Assembly: GCA_963779415.1 (NCBI GenBank)
Contig: CAVZYA010000002.1
Location: 800,001-864,000, forward strand
Length of the DNA stretch: 64,000 bases
Source: an uncultured Acidobacteriota bacterium
GTDB taxonomy: Bacteria > Acidobacteriota > Thermoanaerobaculia > UBA5066
Direction: 5' to 3'
The notes beneath the pieces are model-generated. The model was given only the letters and a program-made list of their open reading frames with translations. It was not told the origin of the DNA and searched no databases. Shown here piece by piece: positions 1 to 13,825 of the stretch (positions within the stretch are counted from its first letter, which is position 1; each line of letters opens with the position of its first letter). Both the position numbers and the translations under genes were made by a program.

Positions 1-379
1 GCGTGGCGGATCGCGGCGGCTGAGACGACGAAGGTCGAGCGGAAGAGCTGCTCAGTGAGTCCCCAGTGCTCCGCCGCACTCCAACCGCCAATGTAGCAGG
101 GCGAGTAGAGCTCGCTCGCCAGCACCCAGGGATCTTCGACTGCGCCTCCTTCACGCCCCGCTTCGAGCGGCAGCACGAGGTAGAGCCCGCGACGGACGCG
201 CACGAGCCAGCCTTGCTGCACCAGGCGCCCGAGCGTGACCGATGCTTCCGACGGCGGTTGCCGCAGTAGCTCTGCGGCCCGCGTTGTCGTGAAGAGCCCG
301 CCGCGTGCTCTCTGGCAAGGCGACGGAGCCTTTCTTTAGGGTCTCGTGCGGGCATCGAAGAACCCTTTTTCGCCGCCAC
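1..379 (-). CDS. Type IV TA system AbiEi-family antitoxin, N-terminal part (frameshifted; runs off left edge)
   Basis: Manual minus-strand translation, not in the ORF track: TLGRLVQQGWLVRVRRGLYLVLP...DPWVLASELYSPCYIGGWSAAEHWGLTEQLFRSTFVV, the wHTH plus YxxxxSAxxxxGLTxQ signature of AbiEi. Probable GTG start at 379. Confidence 0.8.
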   Translation of the reverse strand, partial: MAAKKGSSMPARDPKERLRRLAREHAAGSSRQRGPQSYCGNRRRKHRSRSGAWCSKAGSCASVAGSTSCCRSKRGVKEAQSKIPGCWRASSTRPATLAVGVRRSTGDSLSSSSARPSSSQPPRSAT

Positions 380-391
380 GAGTACAGTATA
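380..391 (-). promoter_or_regulatory. Putative -10 box (TATACT) 6 nt before the abiEi GTG; leaderless-type
   Basis: Minus strand reads TATACT-gtactc-GTG with no SD sequence. Confidence 0.4.
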
Positions 392-478
392 CACGTAGAA
401 AACAACGTCAGGAGGCGTTTACTACACTCTAACTAAACCTTCGAGTCGAGGGCTCCACCCTGAACGATCGAAGAAGGG

Positions 479-1884
479 CTACTGCTTAACGACTGCAGGG
501 GCGGTCGGCGGAAAATCAACGTCCTCGGGGGCGTTCAGGTAGCTGATGTACCGCCCGCGATACCCGAGGAGGGTCAGAATGATCCGTTTAGTGAGCTCCC
601 GGAGAACCGCGATATGTCGGATAACGCCGTCGTAGTCATTTCGGGCGCTGTCACCGCCGTGGACGACACTGCTTCTCGCATCGATGGCTACTGTGATTGC
701 CCGCTCGAGGCCTGAGTACGGAACACCGTCCTCGTCGAGCATCCGATAAAGCCGTTCACGGATCGTAAGCGCATTCAGATTTCCGATCTTCTTTCGAATC
801 AGTTCTGCTGCCCTCTCCATTGTTGCTTGCTCGACTTTTCCTTCAGGCGACCCACCCCGGAACTGACCGCTTCATCGAGGCCTGGGCGCATGTACTTGTC
901 GAACAACTCCCTTGGGATTGCTGAGTAAATGTAGCCGCGTACCCGCTCAAAACGACCGACGAGATTCTCAAGGGTCGCCACCGCCATCGTCAGCTGTACC
1001 TCGACGAAGGCCGAGTGCGCGAAATACATCGCGATCGCAATGTCGAGCCCTCTCGCCTTGCGGAGCTCTTCTGTATAGGCCGAGGTGGCGAGCTGGACGA
1101 AGGCTGTGAGATCGAGCGAATACGAGAGTGGCTCGGTCGGGGTGCCTCCGCCGTGTTCTTCCCAGATGTCGCACCGGATCCAGTTTTCGCCCGACAAGAC
1201 GTCCCGAAGGCTGTATCGGAAGTACCGACCCTGAACCAGCGAAAGTACTTCAAGAACGCGACGGCATTGGGAGTCGCAGAGGGCCAGCCAATCGCCGATC
1301 GGACGCGAGTCGTTATCCGATGCCCTGATCGAGAGCTGGCCAGAGAGCTCGGTCGATCCGTTACGCGAGTCGCGGCACCGAAAGAAAGTTCTCCCAGGTC
1401 GTCGGTGCAGTTTGAACCTGAAACCCCTCAATGCCCGGGATGAGATACGTCACCGCGGCTTCTGAAGCAAGGGCAGATCTTTCCAGCCTGGAGGCTGGCT
1501 TGAGTGTCAGATGCCTAGGAATGCCTTCGATTCGAACAGAGGTCACGCCGTGCGTAGTCCCCCGTCCCGGCTGGTGACATAGAGGTGTTCGCTTTGAACG
1601 TGACGCCCGCCCGGTGCGAGGCCATCGAAAGAGATCGGTTTAACCGTTCGACTCTCTTCGTTCAGCGGCTGCATGAGCCAGAAGTTCAGGTCGTCGAGAG
1701 GACTCGGTGCCATTTTGAAAAGAGCTTTACCGAAACGGTCGACCGAGATATCAAAGTTCGCTCTACAGCGGCGCTCGCCGGATCGGAGTTCACCCTCACA
1801 CCCTAGGAGTTCGATGGGTTCATTTCACCCGATCTGCTCGCAAGTTCTTCGGAGAGGCCTTGAGGGGTCGTGCGGCGAGTTCAT
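479..1884 (-). CDS. HEPN-domain protein (ApeA-like architecture), broken by several frameshifts
   Basis: ORF fragments 1361-1546, 799-1431 and 479-820 plus an upstream frame starting at an ATGA overlap with the hsdS stop. C-terminal helical region has ATLENL...ARSSVVHG (RxxxxH)...LRELTKRIILTLLGY. Confidence 0.65.
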
Positions 1885-3060
1885 AGCTTCCCCATGAAGG
1901 CCTTATCGAGGATTGCCGGCAAGAGGGCATCGAGCTTGGCGGCGGTCCTCCCCTGCGGGGCCTTCAAGGCATCGACTTTGGCCTGAAGGCCGTCGAGGTA
2001 GGCGACGATGTGGCGCTGCTCAGCGAGCGGTGGGACATGGACGCCACATCCCCGTAACTTCACCCCGGTCAGGTGAGCGATGGTTGTCTGCGTCTTGAGT
2101 TCGGAGAACCCTGTCTGCTCGGCTGCCCAGAAAATCTGGTGCAGGAGGAACCGTGGCGTGACTCTGCTGGGGTCCACCCGAACCCGGTGCAATGCCTTCT
2201 GAAAGCAACAGCCGGCAATCTCGTTGTTCCAGATGGTAGACTTTCCGATGTCGCCGCCTTCGCACACGAGGATATCGCCGGGAAGAAGTTGAAACTCCCG
2301 TTTCTCGTTTTCGTCAAAATCCATTTCAAATACGGAGGACAGGTCGAGACGGTCCCACTGAATGTTCGCATTACGCAGGTACGGTGTGCTGTGCCGACCC
2401 GTCTTGGCGGCGCTGGAGAGCATTTTTCAAGGCGACATTCAGCTACCGAGTCGAGTCTAACGGTGGGATGGTCTGTGAGAAGCCCGGAAAACAACGTGTC
2501 CCGTTCCTGAACGCAAATAAGTTCTGCCATGCGGTTAGCCTCTTGTCTGAGGCCGACTGCATCCTTCAAGCCAGCAGAAAGTTCCTCGATCCGCGCACGA
2601 TCCGCCGCTGCTCGGCGAGGGGCGGGACGGGGACCCGCGCAGCGAGCAAAGTCTTGGGGCGCACGGCGGCGTAGCCGGTTGTGCCGAATGCTCCGCTGGC
2701 CAGTTGCGCCTCCAAGTAGTTCGCCTGGAAAATCGCCTGCAGCCACGCATTCAGGACGAGGTCGTGATTTACGTCAAACAGGAAGAAGTGGCTGGTACAG
2801 AGTGCACCAGTTCCATCCGGCGGTACGAAGCCGATGGCACCCTTCTTACCCCAGATTTCCGACAGGATCACCTGCCCAGACTTGGCGAGCTGGTGCTGCT
2901 TCATCTTCAGGGTAGAGCCGTCAACTGGGGTGTCCAGAACGACGCCTCTGCCGTACAGCCGCACCGAGAGTTTGGAGTAGGGGCGCGCCTCTGGCCTTTC
3001 GATGAACTCGGTGTTCTGCACAAGAAGCTCGCCGAGGGGAACGAGCGGCCAGCCGTTCAA
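1881..3060 (-). CDS. hsdS: Type I R-M specificity subunit (frameshifted)
   Basis: MNGWPLVPLGELL start, two TRDs each ending VPPLAEQR(R/H)IV, C-terminal AILDKAFMGKL. Fragments 2566-3060, part of 2069-2746, and 1881-2423. Confidence 0.9.
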
Positions 3061-4645
3061 CCGGGCCTCAGCTCGAGGAATCGTTTGATGTTCTGGACGA
3101 TCTCAATGATCTCTTTCTCCTTCTTCAGGATGTCATCGACGAGCTTCTCCGGCGAAAGATGCTCGAGATCTTCCGGTCCGTTCGGGTTCTTGAGATCGAG
3201 GTTGGCGGAGAGAAGCTGGCCGCTGTCGTCGTACTTCAGGGCATCCCGGGCCACGACCTTCCACGCGTGATCGTCGACGGCACGGCTCTTCCACCACGCG
3301 GTGCAGGGCGCGAATTCCTCGAACTGCATCGGTTTCGTCTTCGAGTAGTTTTTCCGGCCTTCGGGAAGTGGGATGTTCGTAGTACCAGATATCCGTGGTC
3401 GGGCCGGAACGATCGAAGAACAGGATGTTAGTGGGAATGCTCGTGTAGGGCGCGAATACGCCGTTTGGAAGACGAACGATGGTGTGGAGGTTGAACTTCT
3501 TGAGGAGGTCCTCCTTGATCCGGGCCGCACACGCCGTCTCCGAAGAGGACTCCGTTCGGCACGACGACGGCTGCCCTTCCACCGGTTTCGCGAGCCGTGC
3601 CCCGGCCGTCTGAGCTTCCGCATGATGAGCTGAAGGAAGAGCAGCGCCGTCTCGGCCGTCTGCTTGTCGTCCGGGAAGTTGCCCTGGATTCCTCGCTCTT
3701 CTTCGCCTCCAAAGGGTGGGTTCGTCAGGATGACGTCACCCGGTCCTTGTCGCCGATCTCGGTCAGCTTGACGTCGAGGCTGTTGCCGGGATCGATCCGC
3801 GGGAATTCGAGGCCGTGGAGCAGGAGGTTCATCTGGCCGAGGAGATACGGCAGCGGCTTCGCTTCGCCCCCGAAGAGGCTCTTCTGCTGAAGTGTCCGGC
3901 GGTCCGCGACCGTCTTGCACTGCTTTTCCAGATGGTCGATAGGTCTCGACGAGGAAGCCGCCGGTGCCGCAGGCCGGGTCGAGGACGGTTTCCCCGAGGC
4001 GGGGGTTCGATCACTTCGACCATGAAGCGAACGACCGGGCGCGGCGTGTAGAACTCGCCGGAGTCACCCGCAGCGTCCCGCATCTCCTTGAGCATCGACT
4101 CGTAGAGGTGGCCCAGGGTGTGGATCTCCTCGGACGAGTCGAAGTGGATGCCGTTGACCTGGTTGAGGACGTCGCGCAGGAGATAGCCGTTCACCATCCG
4201 GTTGACGGTGCCGCGAAAGACGGTCGCGATGACGTCGCGCCGGTCGCCGCCGTTCGCGCCCTGTAGCTGTCCGCAGGTAGGCGAAGAGCCCGGGGCCCTC
4301 TTGCCGTCCGGCCGGACCGCCGTCTCCTGGTTGATGAAGGCGATCAGTTCGTCGCCCGTGATGCCGTCTTCCTTAGCCGCCCAGTCGCGCCAGCGGTAGG
4401 GGGCCTCGATGGCTGGCCGGTACTTCTCCCCCTGCAATCGTCGCCTTCTGCCTCGTCGCATCCGCTCCATGTCGTCGAGGAACTTCAGGAACATGATCCA
4501 GGTGAGCATCGGCAGGCGGTCGAGGTCGCCGTTCAGGCCTTTGTCTTTCCGCATGATGTCGCGGGCCGACTTGATGAGGCTGCCGAGACGCTGGCGGAGG
4601 TCGTGGAGCGGTGAATCTTCGTGTCTTCTTGCATCTCGTTTCCAT
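3057..4645 (-). CDS. hsdM: Type I R-M N6-adenine methyltransferase (frameshifted)
   Basis: IKSARDIMRKDKGLNGDLDRLP, GEFYTPRPVV, ILTNPPFGG and VRLPNGVFAPYTSIPTNILFF motifs across several frames. Confidence 0.92.
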
Positions 4646-4646
4646 C

Positions 4647-7060
4647 TCAGCTGCAGCATATAGCAGGCTTTGTAGGCGGTCGACGGCTTCGCGAAGCTTC
4701 TCGCGGTCCGCCGAACCGCGTGGCGATCTCCAGCGGCGTTGCCGTGACGGGAGATCGGCGAAATCTCGAGTACATCGGGAAGGCTGAACTGCGAGACGCC
4801 GTGTTCGGTGTATTTCTGGAGAAGCTCGTCGAGGATCTGCTCTGGCCTCCGGCCCGTACTGCTTGAAGAAGCTCTGGCCCTCTCGACGGACTTTCGCGGC
4901 GCGCTCTCGCCGGCTGCGTGGGCGCCGCACCGAACGCCAGATGGCAGAGAAGATCCAGCGGGTCGGCGTCGGGGAGCTTGGCCGCGTCTGCGAGGGATTC
5001 GACGTCAATTCCTCGTTCTGCGAGGGCCGCGAGGAGCTCTGCGCGGGTGGTTGACGCCTGTCCATGCACTTCGCAGGTCGTCGACCGAACGGGTAGAGGG
5101 TCCGGATCTTGTCGCGGCGCATAGTCGGTGAGCTGAATTACTCGGAGCGGTTTTCCCGTTCGGGTCGAGGTCGTAGACGAGGTGCGCGGCGATCTCGACC
5201 TGCCCACCGTCGACATAGAACTTGCGGCGTTCGGCGACGGGTGGCTCGACGATGATGCCTGGTGCAAACGGTTCTGTGGTTTCGCTGGTCGGGTCCGGGG
5301 GTGGCGCGCCCTCCGGGTACGTCGTTTTCGTGACTTCCCCGGCCGTCGTCGATCTCTTGCTCGGCTCACGAATGCCGGCTCGCCATCGAAATCGGGGTCG
5401 GCGAACAGGCGTCGTCGCGGATCCGGTGTAGTCGAGAATGTCGAAGAAGTAGCTTCCCGTAGTCGTCACGAACGCGCGTACCACGCCCGATGATCTGCTT
5501 GAACTCGCACGATGCGAGCCGATGACCCGTACGAGAACGATGTTCTTTCACGGGCGGGGCGTCCACACCGGTCGTCAGAAGCTGGGAGGTCGTCAGGATG
5601 ACCGGCGTCACGGTCTCCAGGTCCTGGAAGCGGCTGAGGTGGCCCGCGCCGATGTCGCCTTCGTCGGCGGTGACCCGGCAGACGTAGTCCGGGTATCTTC
5701 TGAACGAGATCGGCGTTCAGGTTGTTCAGGGCCTTCCGCATCTCCGAGGCGTGCTCCTGATCGACGCAGAAGACGATTGTCTTCGCGAACCGGTCCGTGG
5801 CTTTCAGGAAGTTGGCCAGGTGCTTCGGCGACGGCTTCGGTCCGGGCCGCGCAGAGCGACGACTCGCTCGAAAGTCCTTCGTCTGGTACTCGTCGTCCGG
5901 AATCTCGCGGCCGTAGCGGTCCAGCTCGCCTTTCGTCGGCCGCCAGCCCGCCGCGTCCCACGTGGTGACGATGCGGTGGACACGATAGGGGGCTAAGAAG
6001 CCGTCGTCGATGCCTTGGCGGAGGCTGTAGGTATAGAGCGGGTTTCCGAAGTAGAGATAGCGTGTCCCGCGTTCTCGTCACGAAGCGGCGTCGCCGTCAT
6101 GCCGAGCTGGATAGGCCGGCTCGAAGTAGTTCGAGGATTTCCCGCCAGCTGGCTGTCGACCCGGGCACTTCCCCGATGGCACTCGTCGACGATGATGAGA
6201 TCGAAGAAGTCGGGAGCGTACTGGCGGTAGAGGCCGGGCGCGTCGTTCGTCGCCGGCGAGCGACTGATAAATGCGCGAAGTAGATTTCCCGGCCTTTCTG
6301 AACGATCGCCGTCCTCGATCTTGCCATCGGGCGTCACCGAATGGCGGCGAAGGTCTTGTCCTTCGGGTCGTCGACGAGGATGTTGCGATCGGCCAGGTAG
6401 AGAATCCGCGGCTTTCGCGCTGCTGGCCGGTCGCTGTTCCATCCTGACGTTCCAGAGCTTCCAGCAGATCTGAAAGGCGACGAGCGTCTTCCCGGTCCCC
6501 GTCGCCATCGTGATCAGGACGCGCCGCTTGCCGGAAAGGAAGCGACTCACGCACGCGGTTGATCGCGATCTCCTGGTAGTAACGTGAGGCCTTCCCGGGC
6601 AGCGAAAGGCCGGGCTCGAGATAGCGTTGTGAGGCCGTTTCATCTTTCGGCCCTTCCGTGGCGCGAAGTCGGTTCCACAGCACGGCCGGCGTCGGGAAAG
6701 TCCGAGACCTCCAGTTCGATGCCCGTCGAGAAGTCGAACCCAACGATGGACTTGCCGTTTGTGGCGTACGCGAATCTCAACCCGAGGGTCTGCGCATAGT
6801 TCTTGGCCTGCTGAAGGCCATCACTGGCGGACTTGTAGTCAGCCTTCGCCTCGACCACGGCTATCGGCAGGTCCTTGCGTGTAGCGCAGGAGATAGTCCG
6901 CTCTCTTGGCCGGCCCCCGCGTAGCTGATCGCCCGCTGACTTTGATTCGGCCTGCGGTGAACTGACACTGTTCGTGGATCGAGTGGGGCGGCTCTTCCCA
7001 GCCGGCCTCCTGCAGCCGTGGAACGACGTACTTCCGGCAGGTGTCAGCTTCGTTCGCCAT
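4647..7060 (-). CDS. hsdR: Type I R-M restriction subunit (EcoAI/EcoEI-like; frameshifted)
   Basis: MANEADTCRKYV start, ADYLL and VEAK nuclease motifs, MATGTGKT Walker A, IVDECHRG, GMTATP, LLTTGVDAP, FKQIIGRGTR, C-terminal LQSLLYAA. Confidence 0.92.
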
Positions 7061-7117
7061 TCACTGGAGTGTCAACTATCGCACGGTGTAGGGCTTAGCC
7101 CCTACGGCACGTCCCGA

Positions 7118-9074
<1,957 letters not shown>

Positions 9075-9109
9075 AGCCGCGTCTAGAATGACCTCGTGGT
9101 GGCCGAGGC

Positions 9110-11406
9110 ATGACCGCGAAAGATCCCATGGACCAGAAGCCGGCCGGCGAGACGGTTCCCGGGGAGACGGCTCCGGAGAGCTTCGACCCTCACGCCCCCG
9201 TCGGCCACCCGTCGGCGGAGACCGACGAGGAGCTTCTCGCCGCGAAGGCTGCCGGGCTCACCGACCCGCGCTGGAAGCCCCTGACCGAGATCCCGGTCCT
9301 CTCGGACTACTACAACGAGACATACCTCTATCTCCTCCCGTCGGGCCCCCGCAATCTCTACGTCTTCTGGGAGGTCGGGGAGTGGACGCGCGGGGAGATG
9401 AAGAGCCGGTTCGGCGAGGGGTTTCTCACGCGGAATCACCTGATCCTCCGCGTCTACGACGTGACGGACGTCGTCTTCGACGGCTTCAACGCGAACAACT
9501 TCTTCGAGGTGGACGATTTCCTGAACGACAAGGTGGCGTACTGGGTCGCCGTCCCTCCCGGGCGGAGCTTCGTGGCCGAGATCGGCTACCGGGCTCTCGG
9601 GACGACCTTCTTCGAGAAAGTAGCCCGGTCGAACACGGTCTTCTCCCCCCGCGACCGCGCGGAGACGGCCGAGAGGTATACCGCGTGGGGCTCGGTGGGG
9701 CTCCCCGCGTCCGACGTGGAGGCGCCGGTCGGCGAGCGGAACTGGCGGTACAACCAGTACCTCTACTGGAAGCGGCGGACGCACGCGGCCCCGCCGGAGA
9801 AGGGATGCTGGGCGCTCGTCCTGCACCAGCACCTCCCGTTCATCCGCCACCCGGAATACGACGTCTCCCTCGAAGAGCAGTGGTTCTTCGAGGCCGTCGT
9901 CTCGGTCTACACGCAGCTCCTCCACCTGATGTGGCGGCTTTCGAACGACAAGGTCGACTTCCGCCTGACGGTGAGCCTCACCCCGCCGCTCCTCTCGATG
10001 ATGAAGGACCCGCTTCTCCGGACGCGGGCCGCGCGGCACATCGAGGAGATGCTTCATCTTTCGCGGCGCGAGAGGGGAGAACGCCCACGGCAAGCCGTGG
10101 CACGACACGGCGTGGCAGATCCACGACCGGATCCGGATCGCGAAGGAGGTCTTCGAGGCCTACTCGGGAGACCTGACCTGCGGGTACCGCGACTTTCAGG
10201 ACGCCGGAAAGCTGGAGATCATCACCTGCCCGGCCTCGCACATGATCCTTCCGCTCTTCGCGCACCAGAAAGAGACGGTCCGGGCACAGCTCCAGACCGC
10301 CTGCCGGCAGTACGAGCGGGCCTTCGGGCGGTGGCCGCGCGGCATCTGGCTCGCGGAGAACGCCTTCACCCCCGGCCTCGACGAGATGCTGGCCGAGGAG
10401 GGGCTCCGCTGGTTCCTCCTGAACGACAAGGCCGTCCTCGAGGGAGACACGCGCCCGTTCTTCGGCTCGTCCGAGCCGGTCGTCACGCCGGCGGGACTCG
10501 CGGCCTTTCCGATCGACCCGCAGACCCGGCAGAAGATCTGGTCGCGCGAAGGGGGCTATCCCGGCCACGCCGAACTACAAGGAGTGGTACCGCGACCTCG
10601 GCTACGAGGCCGACTGGGACTACCTCCCCCCGTACTTCCGGACGGCGAACGTCCGCCGGAACACCGGGATCAAGTACTACCGGATCACCGGGAAGAAGGT
10701 CGACCTCGGCGACAAGGCCTACTACGTTCCGGCCTGGGCGAACGAAGTCGTCCACGAGCAGGCGGGGGAGTTCGTCTTCGAGCGGGGCGCGCAGGCGAAC
10801 TACGACCGCGAGACGAGCGGTGGCCGGACGGGATGCCGCGTCTCGGCGTACGACGCGGAGCTGTTCGGGCACTGGTGGGAGGAGGGGCCGGCCTTCCTCG
10901 AGTCGGTCTTCCGCAAGATGCTTCATGACCAGACGGAGGTCCGCCCCGTGACGCCGTCGGAGTACCTCTCCGAGCAGCCGCACCACCAGCGGCTCGTCCC
11001 GAACGCCGGCTCGTGGGGAAAGAGCGACTACTTCCAGACGTGGGTCGAGGAGAGGGCCTACCAGCCGAACGTCTGGGTCTACCGGCACCTCTTCCGGCTC
11101 CTCGGGAGAATGTCGGATCTCGCGACCCGGCTTCGCGACGAGGCCGACCCGATGATCCGCCGCGCCCTCAACCAGGCGGCTCGCGAGCTTTTCCTCGCGG
11201 GCGCGTCGGACTGGGGCTTCCTGATCTCCACCGGGCAGGCCGTCCGGTACTCGGAGCTGCAGATCGTCCGGCACCTCGACCGGGCCAAGGAGCTGCTGAG
11301 GCAGGCCGGGGAAGGGAAGATCGAGGGAACCTTCCTCCAGCTCCTCGAGGACGCCGACACGATCTTCCCGTTCGGCGAGATGGACTACCGCGTCTTCTGC
11401 CGCTGA
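9110..11406 (+). CDS. DUF4912-like domain fused to GH57 1,4-alpha-glucan branching enzyme (frameshifted near 10070 and 10570)
   Basis: N-terminal LYVFWE...LILRVYDVT...ARSN; GH57 motifs LHQHLPF, GIWLAENAF, YDAELFGHWW, QAARELFLAGASDWGFLI. Confidence 0.85.
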
Positions 11407-12146
11407 AGGGCACGCGGGTGCCCAGACGCGGCCAGAGCGCTGAGGGCTCCAAGCCAGAGCGTCGCCTCGCGTGACGAGAGCCCGGCGCGAAGGAGCGACG
11501 ACTCCAGCTCGGCCACGACGTGCGCGTTCCGGCCCCGTCCGGCGAAACCGGACGCTGCGAGAACGGAGCGAAGAGAGATTCTCAGAAGGGAGAGTTCCAT
11601 CGAAGCGGCCGGCGCGTCAGAGCCTTCGTCCGTTCCGCGCCTTTGGCGCGGTGCTTCGAAGGGAAGACAATGAAAGGAAGACAAAGAGAACGCCAGAGAG
11701 ATTGCGACGGCCTGGGCGAGATTCAGGGACGGGAAAGCCTTCGAAGTCGGGATCCGGAGTCGTGCGTCACACTCCCGCACCTCGTCGGTGGTCAGGCCGC
11801 CCCGCTCCGGGCCGAAGACGAGCGCCACGCGGCGTCCCAGGCGCAGCTCACGGCGGATCGAGGCGAACGTCGTCGCGGGGGGAAGGCCTCGAGTCGCTCT
11901 TCCTCTAAGAGAAGACAGCGCCACGACTCGCGAAACGTCCGCCCGAAGCGCGTCCCAGCTGGCGCGTGTCTTTATCCCCCTGAGAAGATCTTCGGCGCCG
12001 GATGAATAGGCCACGGCATCTGGATGAAGGAGATCCACCCGGGGCTCGATGAGCGCCAGTTGCGCCCCGAAGTTCTTCGCCGCGCGGGCCGCGGCGCCGA
12101 GATTCCCCGGGTTGTGCGTCCGGACGAGAACGGCGAGGAGCGGCAT
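11385..12146 (-). CDS. TrmJ/LasT-type SPOUT RNA methyltransferase
   Basis: VLVRTHNPGNLGAAARAAKNFG, LVFGPERGGLT, SLNLAQAV. Confidence 0.9.
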   Translation of the reverse strand: MPLLAVLVRTHNPGNLGAAARAAKNFGAQLALIEPRVDLLHPDAVAYSSGAEDLLRGIKTRASWDALRADVSRVVALSSLRGRATRGLPPATTFASIRRELRLGRRVALVFGPERGGLTTDEVRECDARLRIPTSKAFPSLNLAQAVAISLAFSLSSFHCLPFEAPRQRRGTDEGSDAPAASMELSLLRISLRSVLAASGFAGRGRNAHVVAELESSLLRAGLSSREATLWLGALSALAASGHPRALQRQKTR

Positions 12147-12178
12147 CGGAAGGGCATCTTGGTCCAGAATGCGGGGTC

Positions 12179-12382
12179 ATGTCGAAGGAGCGATCAGAGA
12201 GCGAGCAGAAGGCCGTCGAGACGATTCTCAGGGCGCTCGGGCACCGTCTCGCGCGCCTCCGCGACGAATACGCGATGAAGACCCTTCGCCGCGAGGAGCC
12301 CGAAGGGGTGGAGAAGGGGCTCGCGCTCGCACTTCGCGAGCTGAACGACCTCCTCCCGCGTCGCAAGCGTCTGAAGGACTGA
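12179..12382 (+). CDS. Small hypothetical protein (67 aa)
   Basis: Helical, charged ORF filling the gap before the GT-C gene. Confidence 0.55.
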   Translation: MSKERSESEQKAVETILRALGHRLARLRDEYAMKTLRREEPEGVEKGLALALRELNDLLPRRKRLKD

Positions 12383-12392
12383 TCGCGAAGCG

Positions 12393-13825
12393 ATGGCCGA
12401 GGAGACCCCCGCGGCCGGAGTTCCCCGCGACGCCGGACGGCTTGTCGAGGCGGCAGCCGCGGCGGCGGTTACCGGGACGGCGCTCGTCTTCTTCCTGGTC
12501 TATCTCTTCGCCATGTCCGGAGCGTCGCTCTGGACGGACGAGCTTTACGGGATAGTCCACTTCAGCTCCCGTGGTCCGTGGACGGCGTGGACGGACTACC
12601 ACGCCCCGAATCACGTTCTCTTCTCGCTCCTCAACTCGCTTCTCCCGGGATGCGGCTCGGTCGACCCGGTCCGGGCGCGGCTCTTCTCCTTCATCGCGGT
12701 TTCGGCGCTCCTCCTCCTGGTGCTTGTCTTCTTCTGGCGAACGGGACGGTGGCTGGCCGGAGCCTTCGCGTTCCAGCTCCTCGCGACGAACGAGCGCGTC
12801 CTCGACCAGACTCTGCAGGCGCGCGGCTACGGTCTGCAGCTCCTCTTCGCGGGCGGGGCCGCCATCGCCGTCCGCGCGTATCTCGAGGCCGGGCGCCGGA
12901 GCGCTCTCTTCGCTCTCGCGGCTCTCGTCGTCCTCGGCACCTTCGCCGTCCCGCCGTTCATTCTCTTCGGCGGAGGGCTCTTCCTTCTCCTCTTCGTCGT
13001 CCGGAGGCGGCGCGAGGTGCTCGTCAGCGGACTTCTCGCTCTCGTCGGGGCCGTGGCCGTCCACCTGCCGGTCCTCGACGCTCTCTTTCGTCAGTTGACG
13101 ACGTACCGGACCGTCGGAAGCGGTGCCCTCGAGTTCGCAACTCCCGCGGCCGTCGCGGAGTCGCTCCGCCTCTACGTCCTGCCGGAGCTCTTCTCGTCGC
13201 CCCGCACGGGTGGAGGAGCGGTGCTGCTTCTCGCGGCTCTCGTCGCCGCGCTTCTCGTCACGGCCGGATCCCCCGAGCCCGAGACGAGCTGGCGCCGCGT
13301 CGTCCTCGGGGCGGTTCTTCTCTTCTTTGGTGCCTGCCTCCTCCTCCGGAGCCCGCTCGTCCGGACGACGGTCTTCGTGGCGGCGCCTCTCGCACTCGTC
13401 CTCGGCGCGCTCGTCGAGGATCTCCTCCGGCGAATCGGGATCCGGGGAGTCCGGCCGGCCGCCGTCGCGGTTCTGGCCGCGGTCCTCGCGTTCTCGAACG
13501 GCATCGCCGTCTCCCGGTTCGAGTTCGTTCCGATCGAGCGGTGGGACATGACGGCGGCGTTCGTTCGCCGCGCGATCCCCCCGGGACTCCTCTCTGGGTG
13601 ACGTTCCGGCCGGAGCTGCTCGCGCCCTATCTCCCTCCTTCGACGACTTTTTCCGAACGCTTCGACGCGGCGCTCTTCGCCTCCGGCGGACTCGCCGTCG
13701 TGGACACCGACGTCGATCCCCCGGTCCGGTTCGACGGAAGGCGATATGCCGCCGGCGCGAAGGAGTGGCGGACGCCGCTCGCCCGCCGTGGGACTCAGTC
13801 CGTCTGGTTCGTCCCGCGTTCCTGA
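12393..13825 (+). CDS. Multi-pass membrane protein, GT-C (ArnT/PMT-like) glycosyltransferase; frameshift near 13595
   Basis: LWTDE motif, YHAPNHVLFSLL, QARGYGL and many TM helices; C-terminus continues in the 12578-13825 frame. Confidence 0.65.

Noticed and set aside
479-1884. Calling the HEPN gene prrC or rloC
   Set aside because: No ABC-ATPase Walker motifs visible in any fragment.
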